Assembly (NCBI GenBank): GCA_017522125.1
Contig: JAFXAC010000059.1
Span: 1-58,650 of the forward strand
DNA from: Clostridia bacterium
GTDB taxonomy: Bacteria > Bacillota > Clostridia > Oscillospirales > CAG-272
Direction of reading: 5' to 3'
Length of the DNA: 58,650 bases
Part shown: positions 28,559 to 35,373 of the stretch, in pieces
How the letters are laid out: every line of letters starts with the position of its first letter
Position numbering within the stretch: the first letter of the stretch is position 1
Translations under genes and position numbers: made by a program
The notes under the pieces: generated by a model
What the model was told of the DNA's origin: nothing
The model's database searches: none
The model's input: only the letters and a program-made list of their open reading frames with translations

Positions 28559-29707
28559 TTATTCCTTGTCGCCGCCGTCCGCGCGAAAGCTATCGGACGC
28601 GGGCGTGTAGTCCTCGTAATACTTGCCCTCGGGAGCAGACTCCTCCTCCGCGGGAGCGTTCTCTGCCTCACGGGCAGTTTTTTCTATAATTTGGTCAGCC
28701 ATTTCCTTTTCGGCGGCGGCACGGCCTGCCTCTATGGAACGGCTCTTTTTGCGCTCGGCAGGTTGACGCTCTCCGCCGCTCTTATCCACAACCGCAATAA
28801 AGATGTCCTCGATGCTCATTCCGAGTGCCTCCATGCCTATCATGGGCCACTTCTTTTCCGCAAGCGTGAAGAATAGCTTTTTGCGGATATCAACGCCGAC
28901 GTCGCTCTCTATCATATAGGTGTAAGCGTCGCCGTCGCGTGCGGCAAGCACCTCGGCGTAGCAGATGCCCGACATATTGCGAAGCATTGCAAGCACCTCG
29001 CGTTGCGGACCGCTAATCTTGACATTGAAGCGGCGGGTGTTCTCCACCGCGCGCGAAATGTTTTCGGTAAGCTCGTCCGCAACTATCTTACCCTTGTTGA
29101 TGATAACTATCCTGTCGCAGACCGCCTGAACCTCGCCGAGAATGTGCGTCGAGAGGATAACGGTATGCTCCCTGCCGAGCGTTCTGATAAGGTTTCTTAT
29201 CTCGATTATCTGCTTGGGGTCAAGGCCTATGGTCGGCTCGTCAAAAATAATGACGGGCGGGTTTCCAACAAGCGCCTGCGCAATGCCCACGCGCTGCTTA
29301 TAGCCCTTTGAGAGATTTTTTATAAGCCTTTTTTGCACGTCGCCTATCTTTACCACGTCGCATATCTCGCCGAGATGCTTTGCGCGGTCAAGCTTACAGC
29401 CCTTGAGGTCGTATGCGAAATTAAGATATTCCTCGACCGTCATATCGGGATAAAGCGGGGGCTGCTCGGGCAGATATCCTATAAGGCGCTTGGCGTTGAG
29501 CGGATCGTCAAGCACGTCCACGCCGCCGACCTTGATGCTTCCCGCAGTTGATGACAGATATCCCGTCAGCATATTCATAGTCGTGCTTTTTCCTGCGCCG
29601 TTAGGGCCGAGGAAGCCGACTATCTCGCCCTTTGCGACCTCAAAGCTGATGTCGTCAACGGCGCAAAATGAGCCGTAATTCTTTACCAGATGTGATATTT
29701 TTATCAT
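28559..29707 (-). CDS. ABC transporter ATP-binding protein (GldA-like) with an acidic ~80-aa C-terminal tail
   Basis: Walker A GPNGAGKST, signature LSKGYKQR, Walker B IIFDEPTIGLD. Start at MIKISHL (ATG at 29707, AAGGAA RBS), not the ORF-track start at 29896. Confidence 0.9.
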   Translation of the reverse strand: MIKISHLVKNYGSFCAVDDISFEVAKGEIVGFLGPNGAGKSTTMNMLTGYLSSTAGSIKVGGVDVLDDPLNAKRLIGYLPEQPPLYPDMTVEEYLNFAYDLKGCKLDRAKHLGEICDVVKIGDVQKRLIKNLSKGYKQRVGIAQALVGNPPVIIFDEPTIGLDPKQIIEIRNLIRTLGREHTVILSTHILGEVQAVCDRIVIINKGKIVADELTENISRAVENTRRFNVKISGPQREVLAMLRNMSGICYAEVLAARDGDAYTYMIESDVGVDIRKKLFFTLAEKKWPMIGMEALGMSIEDIFIAVVDKSGGERQPAERKKSRSIEAGRAAAEKEMADQIIEKTAREAENAPAEEESAPEGKYYEDYTPASDSFRADGGDKE

Positions 29708-29827
29708 TTTCGGTTCCTTTCCCGTACACATCATAATTATACATCGTACATTATAGCATAGATATGTAAACGATTTGTGAACAAGAGGCGTTTGAGAATA
29801 AATCTTATGTGATTTTTGCGTGCCGCC

Positions 29828-29856
29828 TTGACTTTTTTCGGCACGGGTTGTATAAT
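29828..29856 (+). promoter_or_regulatory. Sigma-A type promoter (TTGACT-17-TATAAT, TG-extended)
   Basis: Hexamers at 29828-29833 and 29851-29856, upstream of the phosphoribosyltransferase gene. Confidence 0.55.
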
Positions 29857-29897
29857 TGATTTGATAAAAAACTGCATACCAAGGGAGTTTTTGCAAA

Positions 29898-30464
29898 ATG
29901 AGTGAAAGAAAAAGCTATAAAATGAATATCGCGGGCTGTGAGCGCGCGCTCCCCCTTTGTCCCCTCAACGACGAGCTGCAGATCGGCGCGTTCGTCATTT
30001 TTGGCGACCCCGAGCTGACCACCGCCTGCTCACGCGCGCTTCTTGACAAAGCGCCCGAATACGATTACCTCATCTCCGCCGAGGCGAAGGGCATTCCGCT
30101 CGTTCACGAGATGGCACGCCTTGCGGGAAATCAGAAATACTTCCTCGCACGCAAAGCGCCGAAGCTCTATATGACGGGCGTTTTCGAGGTCAAGGTTCGC
30201 TCCATCACCACCGACAAACAGCAGACGCTTTACCTTGACACCGCCGACGCGGAGCTGATGCGCGGCAAGCGTATCCTCATCGTCGACGACGTTATCTCCA
30301 CGGGAGAGTCGCTTCGCGCCGTTGAGGAGCTTGTCCGTCAGGCGGGCGGCATTTGCTGCGGCAGAATGGCAATTCTCGCCGAGGGCGAGGCGGCAGACCG
30401 CGACGACCTTATCTATCTTGAAAAGCTCCCGCTTTTCGATAAGGACGGAAAGGCGTTGAATTGA
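29898..30464 (+). CDS. Type I phosphoribosyltransferase family protein (purine PRT-like)
   Basis: PRPP-binding motif RILIVDDVISTGESL. 188 aa. Confidence 0.7.
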   Translation: MSERKSYKMNIAGCERALPLCPLNDELQIGAFVIFGDPELTTACSRALLDKAPEYDYLISAEAKGIPLVHEMARLAGNQKYFLARKAPKLYMTGVFEVKVRSITTDKQQTLYLDTADAELMRGKRILIVDDVISTGESLRAVEELVRQAGGICCGRMAILAEGEAADRDDLIYLEKLPLFDKDGKALN

Positions 30465-30590
30465 AAACACGACAGTGTTTTCAATTCAATGAAATCCGAC
30501 TCCGTCGGGTGAAATACGGCTTCGCCGTGTGAAATATTTCGCTACGCGAAATGTGAAATATTTGCCTTGCGGCAAACGTTAAGGAAAAAA
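30462..30590 (+). repeat. GTGAAAT-word / mini-hairpin array (forward orientation)
   Basis: TGAAAACAC-gaca-GTGTTTTCA. Then words at 30489, 30509, 30529 and 30553 (spacing 20/20/24 nt) alternating with the hairpins CCGAC-tcc-GTCGG, CGGC-ttc-GCCG, TCGC-tac-GCGA and TTTGCC-ttgc-GGCAAA. Ends in GTTAAGGAAAAAA. Confidence 0.85.
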
Positions 30591-30624
30591 ATCGGTCAAA
30601 GCGAGGCTTTGACCGATTTTGTTT
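30591..30624 (+). terminator. Intrinsic terminator closing the array
   Basis: ATCGGTCAAAGC-gag-GCTTTGACCGAT followed by TTTTGTTTT. Confidence 0.75.
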
Positions 30625-30652
30625 TATAAAAAAGAGCAGACCACCTTTAGCG

Positions 30653-31144
30653 TCATTTCGAAACAGCTCTTATTGTGATGCTGTCGTCTTCGATGCTTAC
30701 CGAGGCGCTAACCGTCCAATTCTCATATATTTCGCTTTGCCCTTCGCAAATGATATCCAAGGCTGTTTCAATAAATGCATTAGCATCAAAAGTTTCCTTA
30801 TCAATGAAAAGACCGCAAACCTCCACTACTGCCAAATATGCATTGCACATGCGCAGATCCTTCCAACTCAATTGCATAGAATCCTCATACAGAGTATCTA
30901 TCACTTTTTTCAAGCGCTCTCTGTCTTTTATTTTAGAAGCATTAATATCATGTACAACCAAGGTGAACGCGCTTACATCGTCCGAAGAGCCTTCAAAAGT
31001 AAGCTCGCATTCATCTTCTTCCAGAGTTTCATTGTAAAGCGCAGATTTGATTTGCGACTCGCTTACAGTTATTCCACCGCCACACGAGGAAAGGGCAAGA
31101 ATCAGCATGCATACAAGAAGTGATGTACTAATTATTTTTTTCAT
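30653..31144 (-). CDS. Putative lipoprotein, unknown function
   Basis: Signal peptide with lipobox LALSSC. Low-GC coding sequence. The start could be 31144 or 31156. Confidence 0.5.
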   Translation of the reverse strand: MKKIISTSLLVCMLILALSSCGGGITVSESQIKSALYNETLEEDECELTFEGSSDDVSAFTLVVHDINASKIKDRERLKKVIDTLYEDSMQLSWKDLRMCNAYLAVVEVCGLFIDKETFDANAFIETALDIICEGQSEIYENWTVSASVSIEDDSITIRAVSK

Positions 31145-31198
31145 ACTTTTCTCCATTAAATTATTAAATATTTTGTAAAAACGCCGTTAGCTGCTTAA

Positions 31199-31504
31199 TC
31201 AAAAAATATATCTAATTATATCTCCCATAAGCACAAAAGAAAACAAAAAGCTTACACCCCAAGCGACAAGCGCCGTAATACCGCAAGCCTTCGCCTTTTT
31301 GGGAGTTTCTTTGTGCTTAACGCCCCAATAAATAAGTCCAAACAGTGGTATCAGCGCCGACAAAACGCAAAGTCCTATATTGACCTCATCGTCGGGATTG
31401 TTAATAAGGTTATTACTTTTTCCGCTGGCGGTAGGACATCCGCAGTTTGGACAAATAACAGCCTCGTCCATTATTTCTTTTCCGCAATGTGTGCAAAATT
31501 TCAT
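31199..31504 (-). CDS. Zinc-ribbon domain membrane protein (2 TM segments)
   Basis: N-terminal CTHCG...CPNCG zinc ribbon followed by two hydrophobic helices. Divergent from the XRE regulator gene. Confidence 0.6.
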   Translation of the reverse strand: MKFCTHCGKEIMDEAVICPNCGCPTASGKSNNLINNPDDEVNIGLCVLSALIPLFGLIYWGVKHKETPKKAKACGITALVAWGVSFLFSFVLMGDIIRYIF

Positions 31505-31559
31505 TTTTTGCCTCCTTAAATGATATTGTTTTTAAATATCCCGTTTTGGGATAAAATTA

Positions 31560-31578
31560 TTATACCAAAATGGTATAA
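31560..31578. promoter_or_regulatory. Candidate operator: perfect 8-bp inverted repeat TTATACCA-aaa-TGGTATAA overlapping a TATAAT box
   Basis: Read directly. It lies in the divergent region between the zinc-ribbon gene and the XRE gene. A second inverted repeat, TATCCC-n5-GGGATA, is at 31537-31553. Confidence 0.4.
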
Positions 31579-31612
31579 TAATGTCAAGATATTTTTTAAA
31601 AAAGGTAGAAAA

Positions 31613-31822
31613 ATGTATTTTAGGCTGAAGGACTTACGAAAAGAGCGCAATATTTCCCAATTAAAGCTCTCTCTTGACCTGCACATGAATCAAAATACAA
31701 TATCGAGATATGAAACTATGGAGCGCGAGGCAGATTACGAAACACTGATAAAATTTGCAGACTATTTCGACGTCTCGCTTGATTATTTATTAGGAAGAAG
31801 CGACGTAAAAAAGCCCCTATGA
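31613..31822 (+). CDS. XRE-family helix-turn-helix transcriptional regulator (69 aa)
   Basis: LKDLRKERNISQLKLSLDLHMNQNTISRYE...LIKFADYFDVSLDYLLGR is a canonical Cro/C1-type HTH. Start at the internal ATG at 31613. Confidence 0.75.
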   Translation: MYFRLKDLRKERNISQLKLSLDLHMNQNTISRYETMEREADYETLIKFADYFDVSLDYLLGRSDVKKPL

Positions 31823-31849
31823 CTTGAAACAAGTGCATAGGAGCTTTTT
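31807..31849. terminator. Bidirectional terminator between the XRE gene and the trxB-like gene
   Basis: AAAAAGCCCCTATG-n14-CATAGGAGCTTTTT, an imperfect stem with A/T runs on both sides. Confidence 0.6.
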
Positions 31850-31859
31850 ATTATTCATA

Positions 31860-32777
31860 TTATTTAAGCGAATCAATATATCTGCACGCCGATACCGCGG
31901 CAACTGCGCCGTCGGCGGTGGCTGTGGATATCTGGCGCACCGCTTTCGTGCGGCAATCTCCGACGGCGAAAACACCGTCCGTGCCCGTCGCACAGCTCTC
32001 GCCCGCCTCGATATATCCGCGAGCGTCGATAGCGCCGACCTTACTAAAGGGCGCATTCGCAGGGGCAAGCCCTATTGCGATAAACACGCCGTCGACTGTA
32101 AGCTCGCTTCTCTCCCCCGACGTATTTTTAAGCACGAGTCCCGAAAACGCGCCGTCCTTTACGACATACGATTCGACCACGGTGTCGCAAATGACCTCTA
32201 CGTTATCGTGCGCAAGGAGCGCGTCGACCGCCGCCGCCTCGGCTGTGAGCGTGGCAAGGTTTTGCACCACCACGACCTTTTTCGACGTTTCGGCAAGCAG
32301 GCTCGCCTCAACTACTGCGGAATTTCCGCCGCCTATCACAGCAACCGTTTGCCCTGCGTAAAACGCGCCGTCGCACACGGCGCAAAACGAAACGCCGTTT
32401 CCGATAAGAGCGTCCTCGCCCTCAAGTCCGAGCCTTCTGTGCTCAGCACCCGCGGCAATAATGACCGACGCGGCGCTGTGCTCACCGTCGGTGGTGGTAA
32501 CGGTGAAATCTCCCTCGCCGTTCTTTGCGACGCCCACTACCTCCTCAAGCTCAATCTCCGCGCCGAGCGCGAGAGCCTGAGTTACCATCTTGTCGGCAAG
32601 CTCGATGCCCGAAATGGCGTCAAATGCGGGGTAATTTTCGATCTTCGGTGAATACGTCATCTGTCCGCCGAAGGTGGACTTTTCAATTATCTTCACGCTT
32701 TTTCCCGCGCGGCGCGCGTATATCGCCGCCGTAAGTCCCGCAGGGCCTGCGCCTATGATTATAATATCAGTTTTCAT
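31860..32777 (-). CDS. Thioredoxin-reductase-family flavoprotein lacking the NADPH 2'-phosphate (HRRxxxR) motif
   Basis: FAD motif IIIGAGPAGLTAA, redox CAVC, second dinucleotide fold VIGGGNSAVVEA, C-terminal GVFAVGDC. Where TrxB has V(H/I)xxHRRDxFRA, this protein has VVVVQNLATLTA. Confidence 0.8.
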   Translation of the reverse strand: MKTDIIIIGAGPAGLTAAIYARRAGKSVKIIEKSTFGGQMTYSPKIENYPAFDAISGIELADKMVTQALALGAEIELEEVVGVAKNGEGDFTVTTTDGEHSAASVIIAAGAEHRRLGLEGEDALIGNGVSFCAVCDGAFYAGQTVAVIGGGNSAVVEASLLAETSKKVVVVQNLATLTAEAAAVDALLAHDNVEVICDTVVESYVVKDGAFSGLVLKNTSGERSELTVDGVFIAIGLAPANAPFSKVGAIDARGYIEAGESCATGTDGVFAVGDCRTKAVRQISTATADGAVAAVSACRYIDSLK

Positions 32778-32790
32778 TTTCCCTCTATGC

Positions 32791-32829
32791 GAAGCTGTCG
32801 CGCCTATTGGCGCGACAGCTTCTTTTTTT
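32791..32829 (+). other. Perfect 14-bp GC-rich hairpin between nrdD and trxB-like, with a T7 run only on the antisense (+) strand
   Basis: GAAGCTGTCGCGCC-tatt-GGCGCGACAGCTTC-TTTTTTT. In the sense (minus) direction the stem is followed by GCATAGAGGG (RBS), not a U tract. Confidence 0.7.
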
Positions 32830-32831
32830 AT

Positions 32832-35213
32832 TTAGGCGGTTGCCATTACCTTTATAAATTCCTTAACGCCCGTGATATCGGGGAAGGTGGTCACGTCGTC
32901 GCCCACGATGTAAAGCAGCGTGGGAGCCTGCTTCGTGCCGTACATTACGGCAAAGCCGGGATCATCCTCGTGATATACCTTGTCGTAGGCTATTCCTGCC
33001 TGATCGAGCAGAGATGCCGCGACCTTGCACTTGGGGCAGGTCTTGGTTGCGAAAAGCACTACTCTGCCGCCGTCGGAAACCGTAGCCTCTGCCGCGGGAG
33101 CAGCGTTTACGGTGTTGTGAGCCTTGGAATCAAAGCTCTCCATCGAAGCGGGAATATCGTATTCAAGTCTTTCCTTGTACTCCTGCGACTTGCCGTCGTT
33201 CCAGTTCTGAACGGGACGGTAGTAGCCCGTGATACGGCTGTATACCTCGGCGCGCTTGCCACAGGTGGGGCAGGTGAAATGCTCGCCTGCGATGTAGCCG
33301 TGGTCGGTACATACGGAGTAGGTGGGAGAGAGCGTGTAGTAGGGCAGACGGTAGTTCTCCGCTATCTTGCGAACGAGCGCGGCAGCAGCCTTCCAGTCGG
33401 GAAGCTTCTCACCAAGGAAGGTGTGGAAAACGGTTCCCGATGTGTAAAGCGTCTGAAGCTCGTCCTGAACGTCAAGCGCGGTAAATACGTCGTCCGTGTA
33501 ACCAACGGGCAGGTGAGAGCTGTTGGTGTAGTAGGGAGTTTCAGCGTCGGAAGCCGCGATAATGTTGGGATAACGCTTCTTATCGTGCTTTGCAAGGCGG
33601 TAAGAGGTGGACTCTGCGGGAGTTGCCTCAAGGTTGTAGAGGTCGCCGTACTTCTCCTGATAGTCGGAGAGGCGCTCTCTCATATGGTTGAGGACGTCCT
33701 GCGTGAACTTCTGCGCCTTCTTGCCCGTCATATCCTCGCGGATCCAGCTTGCGTTGAGGCAAGCCTCGTTCATACCGACAAGACCGATGGTGGAGAAGTG
33801 GGTGTTGAACGTGCCGAGATAGCGTCGGGTGTAGGGGTAAAGTCCCTCGTCAAGCAGCTTTGTGATGATGTCGCGCTTGATCTTGAGCGATCTTGCGGCG
33901 ATATCCATCATGTGGTCAAGGCGGCGGTAGAAATCCTCCTCGTTCTCGGCAAGGTAGCCAAGACGGGGCATATTGATGGTAACTACGCCGACCGAGCCCG
34001 TGCTTTCGCCCGAGCCGAAGTATCCGCCCGACTTCTTGCGAAGCTCACGGAGGTCAAGACGCAGTCTGCAGCACATGGAGCGAACGTCGCTCGGCTCCAT
34101 ATCGCTGTTGATATAGTTGGAGAAATAGGGAGTTCCGTACTTCGAGGTCATCTCGAACAGCAGTCGGTTGTTCTCGGTTTCCGACCAGTCGAAATCGCGG
34201 GTGATGGAGTAGGTTGGAATGGGGTACTGGAAGCCGCGGCCGTTTGCGTCGCCCTCGATCATTATCTCGATGAACGCGCGGTTGACCATATCCATTTCCT
34301 TCTTACACTCACCGTAGGTGAAGTCAGCCTCCTTGCCGCCGATGATGGCAGGGCGGTTCTCGAGGTCAGGGGGGCATACCCAGTCCAGCGTGATGTTGGA
34401 GAAGGGCGCCTGAGTTCCCCAACGGGAGGGAGTGTTAACGCCGTAAACGAAGGACTCGATGCACTTCTTTACCTGATCGTAATCAAGATTGTCAGCCTTC
34501 GCAAAGGATGCAAGATATGTGTCGAAGGAGGAGAACGCTTGCGCGCCCGCCCACTCGTTCTGCATGATTCCGAGGAAGTTTACCATCTGGTTGCAGAGCG
34601 TTGCAAGGTGCTTTGCGGGGGCAGAGGTGATCTTGCCGGGGATCCCGCCAAGGCCCTCCTTGATGAGCTGACCGAGCGACCAGCCTGCGCAATAACCCGT
34701 CAGCATGGACAGGTCGTGCAGGTGGAGGTCCGCGTTGCGGTGAGCAGAGGCAATCTCGTCGTCGTAGATCTCGGAGAGCCAGTAGTTCGCCGTGATCGCG
34801 CCCGAGTTCGAGAGGATGAGTCCGCCGACCGAATAGGTAACGGTGGAGTTTTCCTTAACTCGCCAGTCGATGTTCTTAACGTAGGAGTCAACGGTGTCCT
34901 TGTAGTCAAGGATGGTGGACTTCATGTTGCGGAGCTTCTCTCTCTGGCGGCGGTAGAGGATGTACGCCTTAGCAACGTCCTCGTAGCCCGCCTGAGCGAG
35001 AACAGACTCAACGCTGTCCTGAATGTCCTCAACGGCGACCTTGCCCTCGACTATCTTCGACTCGAAATGCGAGGTCACGCGAAGAGCGATGAGGTCGATA
35101 ACGTTGGGGTTGTATTGTTTCTCACAAGCCTCGAATGCCTGAGTGATTGCACGTGTTATCTTGGAAATGTCAAACTCTACGACCTTTCCGTTTCTTTTTA
35201 CTACCTGATACAT
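32832..35213 (-). CDS. nrdD: Anaerobic (class III) ribonucleoside-triphosphate reductase with a fused C-terminal glutaredoxin/NrdH-like CPKC domain
   Basis: N-terminal ATP-cone (VVKRNGKVVEFDISKI). Finger-loop SMCCRL. Zn ribbon CPTCG and glycyl-radical motif SRITGYYRPV. An extra ~105 aa follows (VVLFATKTCPKCKVAASLLDQAGIAYDKV...) with the Grx fold pattern. Confidence 0.92.
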   Translation of the reverse strand: MYQVVKRNGKVVEFDISKITRAITQAFEACEKQYNPNVIDLIALRVTSHFESKIVEGKVAVEDIQDSVESVLAQAGYEDVAKAYILYRRQREKLRNMKSTILDYKDTVDSYVKNIDWRVKENSTVTYSVGGLILSNSGAITANYWLSEIYDDEIASAHRNADLHLHDLSMLTGYCAGWSLGQLIKEGLGGIPGKITSAPAKHLATLCNQMVNFLGIMQNEWAGAQAFSSFDTYLASFAKADNLDYDQVKKCIESFVYGVNTPSRWGTQAPFSNITLDWVCPPDLENRPAIIGGKEADFTYGECKKEMDMVNRAFIEIMIEGDANGRGFQYPIPTYSITRDFDWSETENNRLLFEMTSKYGTPYFSNYINSDMEPSDVRSMCCRLRLDLRELRKKSGGYFGSGESTGSVGVVTINMPRLGYLAENEEDFYRRLDHMMDIAARSLKIKRDIITKLLDEGLYPYTRRYLGTFNTHFSTIGLVGMNEACLNASWIREDMTGKKAQKFTQDVLNHMRERLSDYQEKYGDLYNLEATPAESTSYRLAKHDKKRYPNIIAASDAETPYYTNSSHLPVGYTDDVFTALDVQDELQTLYTSGTVFHTFLGEKLPDWKAAAALVRKIAENYRLPYYTLSPTYSVCTDHGYIAGEHFTCPTCGKRAEVYSRITGYYRPVQNWNDGKSQEYKERLEYDIPASMESFDSKAHNTVNAAPAAEATVSDGGRVVLFATKTCPKCKVAASLLDQAGIAYDKVYHEDDPGFAVMYGTKQAPTLLYIVGDDVTTFPDITGVKEFIKVMATA

Positions 35214-35251
35214 GTATTTATCCGTCCTTTTCTATTTTTGTTTGCTTGCCC

Positions 35252-35280
35252 ATTATACTATATATTGTGGTCAATGTCAA
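35252..35280 (-). promoter_or_regulatory. Sigma-A type promoter of nrdD (TTGACA-17-TATAAT)
   Basis: On the minus strand, TTGACA (35280-35275) and TATAAT (35257-35252). The spacer and -10 element are overlapped by the proximal NrdR box. Confidence 0.65.
35255..35270. promoter_or_regulatory. NrdR box, proximal
   Basis: Minus strand CCACAATATATAGTAT, matching the consensus acaCwAtATaTwGtgt. Confidence 0.7.
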
Positions 35281-35287
35281 GAATGAA

Positions 35288-35303
35288 AAACTATATATTG
35301 TGG
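35288..35303. promoter_or_regulatory. NrdR box, middle
   Basis: Minus strand CCACAATATATAGTTT. Its centre is 33 bp from the proximal box. Confidence 0.7.
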
Positions 35304-35320
35304 TTTTTTTGAAAAAATAG

Positions 35321-35336
35321 CACAATATATAGTTTT
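35321..35336. promoter_or_regulatory. NrdR box, distal
   Basis: Plus strand CACAATATATAGTTTT. Its centre is 33 bp from the middle box. Confidence 0.65.
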
Positions 35337-35373
35337 GGGTTTTCATTTTTGTGTATTTTGCCTATGAATAAAA

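Noticed and set aside
32787-35312. Very long antisense ORFs. Examples: 841 aa opposite nrdD; 8736..9776 opposite asnS; 21668..23221 opposite pepF; 40192..41574 opposite the ATPase and SPFH genes; 48251..49744 opposite the surface protein; 50097..51089 opposite fba; 17186..18265 opposite capD; 23902..24912; 31824..32651; 52815..53885.
   Set aside because: In every case the opposite strand encodes a protein with unmistakable family motifs, an RBS and a sensible start. The antisense translations are Arg/Gly/Val/Leu-rich with no motifs. This is the usual open-frame artefact of GC-rich coding DNA.
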